Below are positions 18,718-29,636 of a DNA stretch of 64,000 bases, piece after piece. The DNA comes from Myxococcales bacterium. GTDB taxonomy: Bacteria > Myxococcota_A > Polyangia > Palsa-1104 > JAEUJZ01. The stretch lies in NCBI GenBank assembly GCA_016794365.1, contig JAEUKB010000053.1:2599-66598 (forward strand). The letters run 5' to 3'. The first letter of the stretch is position 1. Every line of letters begins with the position of its first letter. The translations under genes were made by a program, and so were the position numbers. Under the pieces are notes generated by a model, which was not told where the DNA came from, searched no databases, and saw only the letters and a list, made by a program, of their open reading frames with translations.

Positions 18718-19728
18718 ATGTCTAGCCACGATCCGCACATGGAACAGCTTGTCGCCGAGATTGCCCGCCGGGTGGCCGCCCGCCTCGGTGGCTCGGCACC
18801 GCTTGTCACGCTGGGGACCGCTCCGCCACTGCGCGAGACCCCTTGCCAAGACGGACCCTCTGAACACTGCACCGCTTGTGGACTGTGTACCGTCCGCAGA
18901 CCCGAGGCCGTCCAGAACATCGTGGCGGAAGGGGCCAGCCGCATCGGTAGCGGGATGGGCACCGGACAGACGCCGGGCGACATCGCCGCAATGATCGATC
19001 ACACCCTGCTCAAGGCCGACGCGACCTCAGCAGATGTCGAAAAGCTGTGCGCCGAAGCACGTCAGCACCGCTTTGCATCGGTGTGCGTGAACACTGGCTT
19101 TGTGCCGCTCGCCAAGCGCCTGTTGCGCGGCTCTGGTGTGATGGTGTGCGCCGTGGTCGGCTTCCCGCTGGGTGCGATGGCGCCAAACGCCAAGGCCTTC
19201 GAGGCCCGCGAGGCCGTCCGCAGCGGTGCCGAAGAGATCGACATGGTGATAAACCAAGGCGCGCTCAAGAGCCGCGACTACGCCACCGTCCACGAGGACA
19301 TCCAAAAAGTGGTCGAGGCGTCCCGTCCCGCCAAGGTCAAGGTCATCCTAGAGACCGGCGCGCTCACCCAAGAAGAAAAGGTGATCGCGATCTCGCTGTC
19401 CAAGGTCGCGGGCGCTCACTTTGTAAAGACCTCGACCGGCTTTGGTCCGGGCGGTGCCACGGTCGAAGACATCGCGCTCATGCGCAAGCTCGTCGGTCCC
19501 GACATGGGCGTCAAGGCCTCGGGCGGTGTGCGGACCTGTGAAGATGCCCAGAAGATGAAGGCCGCCGGAGCCAGCCGCATCGGTGCCAGCGCCTCGGTCT
19601 CGATCGTCAAAGGCTGCGCCACCCCGAAGAGCGAAGACAAGCCCAAGCACCCGAACCGTCCGTGGCTCCGGCAGAAGCAAGAGCCCCCGACACCGCGTCC
19701 AGCAGACGGCAAGCCATCCGCTTACTGA
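18718..19728 (+). CDS. deoC: Deoxyribose-phosphate aldolase with an ~85-aa Cys-containing N-terminal extension
   Basis: Core [12 protein letters not shown]...[11 protein letters not shown]...VVGFPLGA...EIDMVIN...[10 protein letters not shown]...FVKTSTGF...VKASGGVR (the Schiff-base Lys lies in the KTSTGF context). The extension contains [15 protein letters not shown] and [15 protein letters not shown]. Confidence 0.9.
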   Translation: MSSHDPHMEQLVAEIARRVAARLGGSAPLVTLGTAPPLRETPCQDGPSEHCTACGLCTVRRPEAVQNIVAEGASRIGSGMGTGQTPGDIAAMIDHTLLKADATSADVEKLCAEARQHRFASVCVNTGFVPLAKRLLRGSGVMVCAVVGFPLGAMAPNAKAFEAREAVRSGAEEIDMVINQGALKSRDYATVHEDIQKVVEASRPAKVKVILETGALTQEEKVIAISLSKVAGAHFVKTSTGFGPGGATVEDIALMRKLVGPDMGVKASGGVRTCEDAQKMKAAGASRIGASASVSIVKGCATPKSEDKPKHPNRPWLRQKQEPPTPRPADGKPSAY

Positions 19729-19794
19729 GGCGAACTGCGGCGCGTCGGCACAGAATCTAAGAAGTAAGAAGACGGAAGCGGAAGGACCAAGGAC

Positions 19795-20994
19795 ATGAGC
19801 GCAGTGCAGAGCGCGCCGTTTGAGCGCGTGGTTTTGATCGTCCTCGACTCGTGTGGCTGCGGCGCGGCCCCGGATGCGGCGCGCTATGGCGATGCGGGAG
19901 CCAACACCTTGCAGCACATTGGGGAGCGGCTCGGCGGTCTGCGGCTGCCCCACCTGGAAGCGCTGGGCCTTGGCAACATCACCGAGATTCCCGGCCTGGC
20001 CCCGGTCAGCCAGCCGCTCGGGGTGTTTGGCCGCATGCGGGAAAGCTCACGCGGCAAAGACACCACAACGGGCCACTGGGAGCTGGCGGGGCTCGATGTC
20101 CAGAGCGAGTTTCCGACCTATCCAAGCGGCTTCCCCACCGACATGATCGCACGCTTTTCGGCCCAGACCGGGCGCGGCGTGCTCGGCAACAAGCCCGCAT
20201 CGGGAACGGTCATCTTGGACGAGCTGGGTCCGCAGCACATGCGCACCGGCGACCTGATCGTCTACACGTCGGCGGACAGCGTGTTCCAGATTGCCGCGCA
20301 TGAGAGCGTGGTGCCGCTCGATGAGCTGTATCGCGCCTGCGAGGTGGCCCGGACGCTGTGCGATGAGCGCAACATCAGCCGGGTGATTGCCCGTCCGTTT
20401 GTGGGAGAGCCCGGCAAGTTCCGGCGGACCTACAACCGTCGCGACTACGCGATGCCGCCGCCCGAAGCCACCGCACTGTCGCGCATCGCCGACAGCGGTC
20501 GCAAGGTGGTGGGCGTTGGCAAGATCTGGGACATCTTTGCGGGACACGGCATCACCGACAACATCCACAGCGAAGGCAACACCGATGGGCTGCGGCTGAC
20601 GCTCGAAGCGCTCGACACGGTGAAGCAAGGGCTCATCTTTGTGAACCTGGTGGACTTCGACATGCTGTACGGACATCGCCGCGATCCGCAGGGCTACGGC
20701 AGAGCGCTCGCAGAGTTTGATGCGTTCTTGCCGAGCCTGCGCAGCAAGCTGGGGCCAGCCGACCTGGTGCTGCTCACCGCCGATCACGGCAACGACCCAA
20801 CCTGGCCGGGCAGTGACCACACCCGAGAAGACGTTCCACTGCTGGCGTTTACGACGCAGGCTCCGCTGCCTGCCCGCGCCGACCTGGGCGTGCGCGATGG
20901 CTTCTTTGATGTGGCGCAGACGCTGTGTGATGCGTTCGCCCTACCCGCCTGGCCACGCGGCAAGAGCGTGCTGCCGCACCTTCTACCGTCCTGA
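19795..20994 (+). CDS. deoB: Phosphopentomutase
   Basis: VVLIVLDSCGCGAAPDAARYGDAGANTLQHI, FVNLVDFDMLYGHRRD and LTADHGNDPT are DeoB hallmark blocks. Confidence 0.92.
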   Translation: MSAVQSAPFERVVLIVLDSCGCGAAPDAARYGDAGANTLQHIGERLGGLRLPHLEALGLGNITEIPGLAPVSQPLGVFGRMRESSRGKDTTTGHWELAGLDVQSEFPTYPSGFPTDMIARFSAQTGRGVLGNKPASGTVILDELGPQHMRTGDLIVYTSADSVFQIAAHESVVPLDELYRACEVARTLCDERNISRVIARPFVGEPGKFRRTYNRRDYAMPPPEATALSRIADSGRKVVGVGKIWDIFAGHGITDNIHSEGNTDGLRLTLEALDTVKQGLIFVNLVDFDMLYGHRRDPQGYGRALAEFDAFLPSLRSKLGPADLVLLTADHGNDPTWPGSDHTREDVPLLAFTTQAPLPARADLGVRDGFFDVAQTLCDAFALPAWPRGKSVLPHLLPS

Positions 20995-21038
20995 GCGGCC
21001 CGTAGCGCTCGGCCTTTTCCCCCACAGAGCCCTGTTCG

Positions 21039-22375
<1,337 letters not shown>

Positions 22376-22379
<4 letters not shown>

Positions 22380-23257
22380 GCCGAGCTGAAATCCACCACG
22401 ATGCAAGCGACCTCTTTGCTGCGGTGAAGCGATCCGCAGAACAGATTGCCGCGTTTTTGCCAGAAGGAGCGGCCCCCAAGATTGCGCTGGTGCTCGGATC
22501 GGGTCTTGGCAGCTACGCCGACGCGCTGTCGGACGCCAAAGGCATTGACTACGCCGAGCTGGGCTTTCCTCGGTCGGGCGTGGTGGGACATGCCGGACGC
22601 CTGGTCTATGGCCGCGCGGCAAAGAGCGAGACCAGTCCGGGTGTCGAAGTGCTGCTGATGCAAGGTCGCGTCCACACCTATGAGGGTCACAGCCTCCAGA
22701 CGGTGGTGCTGCCGGTGCGCGCGATGGTCATGGCGGGCTGTAAGACGGTGGTGCTGACCAATGCGGCGGGCGGGGTCGGTGCGGGACTGGAAGCGGGCGA
22801 CTTGGTGCTCTTGCGCGACCACCTAAACCTGATGGGCGATTCGCCGCTGCGCGGTCCCAACGATGACCGCTTCGGGCCGCGCTTCCCCGACATGACCGAG
22901 GTCTACGATGCCAAGCTGCGCGCCGTGGCGGAGCAGGTGGCAGCCAAGCTGTCGATTCGACTCAAGAGCGGTGTCTACGCAGGGCTGCTTGGCCCGCAGT
23001 ACGAGACGCCATCGGAAGTGCGCATGCTGCGCGGGCTCGGGGCGGACTTGGTCGGGATGTCCACGGTGCCCGAAGCGATCGTGGCGCGACATATGGGAGC
23101 CAAGGTGCTGGGGATGAGCTGTGTCAGCAACCTGGCCGCAGGCATGTCAGGACAGCCGCTGTCCCACGAAGAAGTCACGGAAACCGCGAACCGCGTGCGG
23201 GCTACCTTCATCAAGCTACTCGACGGTATCATGGCAGAGCTAGTCAGCCTGTGCTGA
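22376..23257 (+). CDS. punA: Purine nucleoside phosphorylase (trimeric PNP-I family)
   Basis: ALVLGSGLG, GHAGRLVYG, LLMQGRVHTYEGH, GPNDDRFGPRFPDM, GMSTVPE. The ATG at 22376 overlaps the deoA stop (ATGA coupling). The longer track ORF starting at 22247 is rejected. Confidence 0.9.
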
Positions 23258-23276
23258 CCGAAGGAGCCTGGTTTCG

Positions 23277-23792
23277 ATGACCCACCGATCGAGTGCCCAG
23301 CCTGCCACAGATCGTGAGATCCGCGATGTCGCCACGGGACAGCCGCTCCCTCCGCTGCTCCACGATCTGGCCGAGCAAGCGCGCGCCGCACAAGCGCTGG
23401 CCTATGCTCCGTATTCCCACTTTCCAGTTGGGGCCGCGCTGCGGACCGAGGATGGACGGGTATTTGTCGGAGCCAACGTCGAAAACGCTTCCTATGGGCT
23501 GACGGTCTGTGCCGAGCGAACAGCCGTATTTCAAGCCGTCTTGGCAGGAGCGCGCCGGATCAAAGCGATCGCGATCTGCACCAACCTCTCACCTCCGGCT
23601 GCACCGTGCGGAATGTGTCGCCAGACGCTGGCAGAGTTTGCCGAGGAAGCCGAGATCGTGCTGCTGTCCCCAAGTGGGCCCGCACAGCAGACCACACTGA
23701 GCGCGCTGCTGCCGCTCGCGTTTCGCCCCAGTGCGCTCATCACGACCGAGAGCTCGTCGCAAGCAGAGGATGTTCATGGCGCAGGCAAATAG
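23277..23792 (+). CDS. cdd: Cytidine deaminase
   Basis: YAPYSHFPVGAALRTEDGRVFVGANVENASYGLTVCAERTAVF and PCGMCRQTLAEF, which are the zinc ligand motifs CAE and PCGxCRQ. Confidence 0.9.
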   Translation: MTHRSSAQPATDREIRDVATGQPLPPLLHDLAEQARAAQALAYAPYSHFPVGAALRTEDGRVFVGANVENASYGLTVCAERTAVFQAVLAGARRIKAIAICTNLSPPAAPCGMCRQTLAEFAEEAEIVLLSPSGPAQQTTLSALLPLAFRPSALITTESSSQAEDVHGAGK

Positions 23793-25134
23793 CTGGCTTC
23801 TACGCGGCGGCACGCTGGTCACTGTCGATCGCAGCCAGCCTGTACTGATCGGGGATCTCCTGATCGTCGATGGGGTGATTGCCGCGCTCGGCCCGGCAGT
23901 CAGCAGTGATCCAAGGAGCGCGTCGGTTCCAGTTATCGATGTCTCGGGCTGCGTGGTGATGCCGGGGCTTGTGCAAGCACACATTCACTTGTGTCAGACG
24001 CTCGGACGGGGACTGGCGGACGATCTGCCGCTGCTGCGCTGGCTAAGCGAGCGGGTGCTGCCGTACGAAGCGGCACTTGATGAGCGCAACATCCAGCTTG
24101 CGGCCCAGATCGGCGTGGCCGAGCTGCTGCTTTCGGGCACCACGACGCTGCTCGACATGGGCACTGTGCGTCATCACGATGCGCTGTGTGAAGCGGTTGC
24201 TGTCACGGGAATCCGCGCCACGCTGGGCAAGGCGATGATGGACTACCCGGACACGGTGCCGCTCAGCTTGCGGGAAGACAGCCAGGCTTCGCTGCGGGAG
24301 GCTGACGCGCTGTGTGCGCGCTGGCACGGTCGCGGCAGGCTGCGTTACGGCTACGCGCCGCGCTTTTTGGTGTCGTGCAGTGATGAGCTGCTACGCGGGG
24401 TCGCAGAGCGCTGTCAGCAGCACAGCACAGACGGACCGGGCATCCACACGCACGCCAGCGAGCAGCTCGATGAGATTGAGCTGGTTCAAAAGCGGACGGG
24501 CAAAGACAACGTCGAAGCGCTCAAGGCCCTGGGCATCGCCGGTCCGCGTACGGTGCTGGCCCACTGCGTACACGTCTCGGACCATGAGATGAGGGTGATG
24601 GCCCAAGACGGCACGCACGTCACGCACTGTCCGTCCAGCAACCTCAAGCTGGGCTCGGGCATTGCCAAGATCGTGCAGCTTCTGGCGGCGCAGGTAAACG
24701 TCGCGCTCGGAGCCGATGGTGCGCCGTGCAACAACCGGCTCGATGGCTTCGCAGAGCTACGGCTGCTGTCGCTGCTGCAAAAGGGACTTCACGGACCGGA
24801 AGCCCTGCCCGCCGCGCAAGCGCTGGAGATTGCGACGCTCGGTGGAGCCAAAGCGCTGGGTCAGGCCGCTCAGATTGGCAGCTTGCAGGTCGGCAAGCGA
24901 GCGGACGTGGTGGTGGTCGGTCAAGGCTCGCCCGGTCAGCTCCCGGTTCATGATCCGGTGTCCCTGCTGGTGTATGGCAGCCAGGGCAGCGATGTGCGTC
25001 ACGTCTTTGTCGAAGGAGAGCTGCTGGTTGAACACGGCCAGCTCACGGCGAGAACGGGACTGGATGTCGAGCGACTGCGCGCGCACAGCGCAGAGCAGAT
25101 GCCCGTGCTGCTACGTCGCGCCGGTCTGCGGTAA
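23770..25134 (+). CDS. Amidohydrolase-superfamily deaminase (MtaD / guanine deaminase / SsnA-like)
   Basis: LLRGGTLVTVD...DLLIVDGVIAALG and VMPGLVQAHIHLCQTLGRGLADDLPLLRWL (HxH metal site), plus HASE, HCVH and GADGAPCNN. Start is the ATG at 23770 or 23776 and overlaps the cdd 3' end. Confidence 0.85.
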   Translation: MFMAQANSWLLRGGTLVTVDRSQPVLIGDLLIVDGVIAALGPAVSSDPRSASVPVIDVSGCVVMPGLVQAHIHLCQTLGRGLADDLPLLRWLSERVLPYEAALDERNIQLAAQIGVAELLLSGTTTLLDMGTVRHHDALCEAVAVTGIRATLGKAMMDYPDTVPLSLREDSQASLREADALCARWHGRGRLRYGYAPRFLVSCSDELLRGVAERCQQHSTDGPGIHTHASEQLDEIELVQKRTGKDNVEALKALGIAGPRTVLAHCVHVSDHEMRVMAQDGTHVTHCPSSNLKLGSGIAKIVQLLAAQVNVALGADGAPCNNRLDGFAELRLLSLLQKGLHGPEALPAAQALEIATLGGAKALGQAAQIGSLQVGKRADVVVVGQGSPGQLPVHDPVSLLVYGSQGSDVRHVFVEGELLVEHGQLTARTGLDVERLRAHSAEQMPVLLRRAGLR

Positions 25135-25169
25135 GCCAGCGGGACTGGCTCCGCCCGGACCGATGCGGT

Positions 25170-25397
25170 CTACTTCAGCTCTTTGCTGCCAATGATGGTC
25201 AGGTTGGCGCCGACCTGAACCTGCACCGGCTTGCCGTCCACCACAATGGTGGCTTTGCCGGACAGATACCAGCCAAACGAGCCGGTGGAAAACTCCTTGG
25301 GCTCAGCAGTGAGCGGCACACCTTCTACCGAGACGCTCACAGGCTTGGCTTTGGTCTTAAACTCTTCACGAGTCACTGGGCATGGGGACTTGGCCAC
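25170..25397 (-). CDS. Small conserved-looking hypothetical protein (75 aa)
   Basis: MAKSPCPVTREEFKTKAKPVSVSVEGVPLTAEPKEFSTGSFGWYLSGKATIVVDGKPVQVQVGANLTIIGSKELK. Clean ORF with typical codon usage and beta-rich composition. Family not recognised. Confidence 0.7.
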   Translation of the reverse strand: MAKSPCPVTREEFKTKAKPVSVSVEGVPLTAEPKEFSTGSFGWYLSGKATIVVDGKPVQVQVGANLTIIGSKELK

Positions 25398-25615
25398 GGG
25401 TCACGCTCCTATCCAGGAATAGCTGACTCCCACCGTAACACGATCTCTGCCCAGGTTCTGCGGGTTTGTCACGGCTGCGCAGGGTCGCACCGCACACTCC
25501 GCTTCCGTACTGCGTGCTTGGTGCGTGGTCGTTACCAGGAATGAAGCGCCAGCGAAGGGAGCGAGGAGAGGAAGTCCAGACGAAGCGTCCCACGATGGAC
25601 GCAGGAGCCGTCCGA

Positions 25616-26725
25616 CTACAGGCGAGGCTTGCGGGTGATGTTGTACTTCTTGACGTTGATCTCGGCACCCTGACCGAACAAGCGGCTGCCATTCACGCTG
25701 TTTGGATCCACAAACGTCTCTTCCGTGGGCTGTCCCACAGAGGGCTTGTAGTAAAAACCAGGAGCCGCCGAGAGCTTCGCAAGTCCGCCCCGACCCACCG
25801 TATTGGCATCGAGCAGCGTAAACAGACCCATTCCGCAGTTGAGCTGGTTGAGCGACACTTCCGTCGGCGTTCCGCCATGGTCGAGCACCATGTTGCTGCG
25901 ATCAATCGGGAGTCCCACGCGGCTTACGCGCTGCACTTCGCGGCCATCGACTTCCCAGCGCACCGTGTTCGAGGCCTTGTCATACGAGATGCCGAGCTTG
26001 TGCAGCTCTCCTGGACAGTTGTCCGCTACGCGCTTGGCAAAGGAAAATGCAGCGTAGTCACCCAGAACTTCTCCGCGACCGAACGGAAGCCGCTCGTAGA
26101 AAGCGTAGATGCCTTCATTGGTGATAAAGAAGTCGAACACCATGAAGGTTTCTACGTCGATGGTGTTGAGTGCAAAGGCCGCGAGTCGCAGATCATCGTT
26201 GGCGTCCACAACGGCATTCCCAAACGGATGTCCGCTGGTTCCGTACGTCTTGCCGCCGACCCATGCTTCACAGCCAACCTGACGACTGGTGGTTGCGTCA
26301 AAGCCTGGGTAGCCCCTACTGGAAAGCTGCGAGCTATAGACCAGCCACTTGACGTGATCGACACCACCCGGAAGTCCCAGCGAAGCCTGACTCGTCTCTT
26401 GCACCACGGTGCTGGTAAACGCGGGCTTGCCAGTGGAAGGATTCACTCCCTTGGACACCACGCGGAGTCCGGCGCTGCTGGTGCTTTCGATTCCGTCGTT
26501 TCCAGTAAAGGCGGGACCGAAGCCAAAGTAGTCCCACTTGTCCGTTCCTGAGGCAGCCGAAAAGCCATTGCGGAAGTCATCGTAGAGCTGCGTAGAGCCT
26601 CTGCCTTCCTGTTCCACTTGATCCGCCGCTACGGAGTCCGTCACATCGGCGTTACCGCACGCGGAAGCAAACAGAGAGACCGTCAGACCCAAAAGTGCAG
26701 CCACATTCCCGAAACGCTTCGACAT
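25616..26725 (-). CDS. Secreted lipoprotein, unknown function
   Basis: RBS AAAGGGG before the ATG at 26725. Lipobox LFASACG in MSKRFGNVAALLGLTVSLFASACGNADV. Globular beta-rich body (FFITNEGIYAFYERLPFGRG). The antisense ORF 25466..26551 is rejected. Confidence 0.8.
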   Translation of the reverse strand: MSKRFGNVAALLGLTVSLFASACGNADVTDSVAADQVEQEGRGSTQLYDDFRNGFSAASGTDKWDYFGFGPAFTGNDGIESTSSAGLRVVSKGVNPSTGKPAFTSTVVQETSQASLGLPGGVDHVKWLVYSSQLSSRGYPGFDATTSRQVGCEAWVGGKTYGTSGHPFGNAVVDANDDLRLAAFALNTIDVETFMVFDFFITNEGIYAFYERLPFGRGEVLGDYAAFSFAKRVADNCPGELHKLGISYDKASNTVRWEVDGREVQRVSRVGLPIDRSNMVLDHGGTPTEVSLNQLNCGMGLFTLLDANTVGRGGLAKLSAAPGFYYKPSVGQPTEETFVDPNSVNGSRLFGQGAEINVKKYNITRKPRL

Positions 26726-27218
26726 GGAAGACCCCTTTCTGGAACAGCAAATCAAAGACACACTACGGCTAAGCAGACTCTGTGCTCTCCCGTCAGGCTT
26801 CACCATCCCGGTGCGCCTTCGGGAAGACCATCGCAGCAAGCGATTTGGGGGACTCTGCTTCTTCGTAAGAAGAACGTTTCCCCACTTTCCATAGTACCAG
26901 GTTGGGATTCACGCTCAAGTGTTTTGTGCGTGTTTTGGGAGTCCGATCTGCGGGCTCCTAAGTGACTGATTTTCCGTCGGAAATCAGCCATGTGATTTGG
27001 CTCACAAACTACAGAAAGTAGGGAGTCCCAGCGCTGTCAAACAGTGATGCGTTACACACCGTAACGACAACACCATGAGATGCTTTGGGAATCGTGTCTG
27101 TGCGGACTCACTTCGCAGGTGATCGCGATCTGGATCGGATTCTGTAAGGGGCGATCTGGGTCTGTTTCTGCGCAGCGATCGGCGTCAAAGGAATCCAGTC
27201 GCACAAAAGGAGTGCTTC

Positions 27219-28133
27219 CTAGCGAGGAAAGACACAGCGAGCGCCTTGGCTGTCACTGCGCGCTGTCTCTGGCGTATGGAAGTCCCGCCACCACGCCTTC
27301 AGCTCTTTAAACTGTGTGCTCTGAAAACCACCACCGCGCCGTCCGCGTGTGACTCCGGTGAGGGGTCCGAGCGGATCGGTACAGCCCATCGCGCAGTCTT
27401 TGTACGCACTGTCCGCGTAGTAGTCCGTAACCCACTCCCAAACATTGCCAGCCATGTCCACCGCGCGACTGGCGGAATAGAGCTGCGCCCCTTGCCTGCC
27501 CGATGACACCGCTGACCACGGCTGATTCAGACAGCCGGGCCCAGCGTAGTTTGCACCGGATGTACAACCCAGTGGCTGAAGTCTGCCCCAGGGATACATG
27601 CGTCCGTCGCGACCACGCGCGGCCTTTTCCCACTCTGCTTCGGTCGGAAGTCTGCCCCCTTGAAAGCGACAGGCCGACTCTGCTTCGGACCACAGCAGGC
27701 AGGTCATCGGCAGCGACTCATTGCCTGCGGGCGATTCCGTCCAGGTCGCGAGATCGAGTGAGCAGCGCAGCGCACTGGAACCCGGACAGCGTCCGGCACT
27801 GACGCAGGCACGATACTGCGCAACGGATAGCTCGGTCGCACTGACACACAGCGCGTGATTGATCTGTACGGTGGAAAGCGGCTGTGCGCTGGCGAGACAG
27901 TCTGGATCGGATGCGTCACAGCCCCGGGAAAAGGAGCCTGCGCCGACATAGACCGTGCCCGCAGGACAGCCCGGATCGGCACAGACTCCGCCCAGGCAAG
28001 CACGCAGCGCGGCTTGGGAATCACAGTCATCATCCGAGCGACAGGCTGTACCTGGAATCACGTTGGCAGCCATGATTCCGTCACAGCCGGTCAGCAGAGA
28101 CAGGAGCGATACGAAGCGGAGAGCGTGGGACAT
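27219..28133 (-). CDS. Formylglycine-generating-enzyme (SUMF1/FGE-sulfatase) domain lipoprotein
   Basis: Lipobox LLSLLTGC and a Cys-rich N-terminal module, then RLPTEAEWEKAARG...YPWG and GNVWEWVTDYY, which are typical of the FGE-sulfatase domain. Confidence 0.85.
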   Translation of the reverse strand: MSHALRFVSLLSLLTGCDGIMAANVIPGTACRSDDDCDSQAALRACLGGVCADPGCPAGTVYVGAGSFSRGCDASDPDCLASAQPLSTVQINHALCVSATELSVAQYRACVSAGRCPGSSALRCSLDLATWTESPAGNESLPMTCLLWSEAESACRFQGGRLPTEAEWEKAARGRDGRMYPWGRLQPLGCTSGANYAGPGCLNQPWSAVSSGRQGAQLYSASRAVDMAGNVWEWVTDYYADSAYKDCAMGCTDPLGPLTGVTRGRRGGGFQSTQFKELKAWWRDFHTPETARSDSQGARCVFPR

Positions 28134-28145
28134 CTCCTAGATTGT

Positions 28146-29636
28146 CTACTTGGTCTTGGCGCGTGCCAAAAGGCGAATGGGCGTACCGACGAAGCCGAAC
28201 GTCTCACGGAGCTGATTTTGCAAGTAGCGGCGATACGAAAAGTGCATGCCTTCGGTGTAGTTGACGGACACCACAAACGTCGGCGGTCGCGTCTGCGCTT
28301 GGGTGATGTAGTACAGCCGAATCGGCTTCCCTTGAAACAGGGGTGGCGGATGCTTTTCGACGATTCCTGCAAAGAAGCGATTGAGCGCGCTGGTCTTGAC
28401 GCGGCTCGCAAAGGATCGATAGCAGCGCGTCGCTTCATCCAGGATCTTGAGCACTCCCTTTTGCGTGTGCGCGGAGCACCACATCCTGTGTGCCCACGGA
28501 ACAAACTGGAGCTTGCGGTCCAGCTCTGCCTCGATCTCTTTCATCCGTGCAGCGGGCACCAGATCGCGCTTGTTCAGCGCAATCAGCAGCACCCGTCCGG
28601 CATCAGCGACCAGTCCGGCAATCCGCGCGTCCATCTCGCCAATGCCTTCGCTGGCATCAATCACCAGGACGGCTACATCGGCTCGCTCAATCGCGCGCTC
28701 GGCCATCGTCATCGCGATGCGGTCGCTTGGCTCGTGAACCCGGACGCGCCGACGAATGCCAGCGGTATCGATCAGTGAAAAGCGCTGGCCACCGTGCAGA
28801 ATCGGCGTGTCGATCGGATCGCGCGTGGTTCCGGGCGTGGAATCGACGAGCATTCGCTCTTCTCCGCACAGCGTGTTCACGAGCGATGACTTTCCGGCGT
28901 TTGGACGACCCACAAGCGCAATGCGAATCACATCCTTGGACAGATCCGCTTCGCTGACCGTATCTGGTCCCTCATCGCCGGGCCCATCGTCTTCCTCGTG
29001 TGCGGACTCCGCTTGCTCGATGGCCGCCAGCGCGTCTTCGGATAGCGCCGTGTCGTCATGCTCAAAGTCAGCCAGCGGAGGCTCGACATGCTGCGCTTCT
29101 TCCTCCTCCACCGGCAGCGCCAGCAGGATCGCATCAAGCAGATCCGGCATGCCGCGACCGTGCGCCGCCGAGACACCGAAGATCTCTCGGCAGCCAAGCT
29201 CGTACATGTCGTTCACATGGCTCTCATGCCGAGGTCCATCAATCTTGTTGGCAACGAGCAGGATCTTTTTTCCAGCGCGTCGCAGCTTGACAAAGATCTC
29301 GCGGTCGTCGGGCAGCAGACCATGCTGGCCGTCCACAATCAGCAGCACCACATCGGCTTCGGCGATCGCCATCTCGGCTTGACGACGCATGCCGACGGCG
29401 ATGCTACCTTCAGCGGTAAAGTCGATGCCGCCCGTGTCTACGACACGGAACTGCCTGCCGTCGTATTCGCAGTTACCGTAGCGACGATCGCGGGTCACAC
29501 CCGGCTGATCTTCGACGATGGCAAAGTGACTGCTCGTCAGGCGGTTGAACATCGTGGACTTGCCAACATTGGGGCGACCCACCAGCGCAACGACTGGCAG
29601 GGAGTAATCCACAATCGGCTTGGGAACGGCTTTCAT
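28146..29636 (-). CDS. der: Ribosome-biogenesis GTPase Der (EngA) with an acidic inter-domain insert
   Basis: Two G domains (VVALVGRPNVGKSTMFNRL and IRIALVGRPNAGKSSLVNTL) and a KH-like C-terminus. A ~60-aa Glu/Asp-rich linker lies between the G domains. Start overlaps the era stop by 4 nt. Confidence 0.92.
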   Translation of the reverse strand: MKAVPKPIVDYSLPVVALVGRPNVGKSTMFNRLTSSHFAIVEDQPGVTRDRRYGNCEYDGRQFRVVDTGGIDFTAEGSIAVGMRRQAEMAIAEADVVLLIVDGQHGLLPDDREIFVKLRRAGKKILLVANKIDGPRHESHVNDMYELGCREIFGVSAAHGRGMPDLLDAILLALPVEEEEAQHVEPPLADFEHDDTALSEDALAAIEQAESAHEEDDGPGDEGPDTVSEADLSKDVIRIALVGRPNAGKSSLVNTLCGEERMLVDSTPGTTRDPIDTPILHGGQRFSLIDTAGIRRRVRVHEPSDRIAMTMAERAIERADVAVLVIDASEGIGEMDARIAGLVADAGRVLLIALNKRDLVPAARMKEIEAELDRKLQFVPWAHRMWCSAHTQKGVLKILDEATRCYRSFASRVKTSALNRFFAGIVEKHPPPLFQGKPIRLYYITQAQTRPPTFVVSVNYTEGMHFSYRRYLQNQLRETFGFVGTPIRLLARAKTK

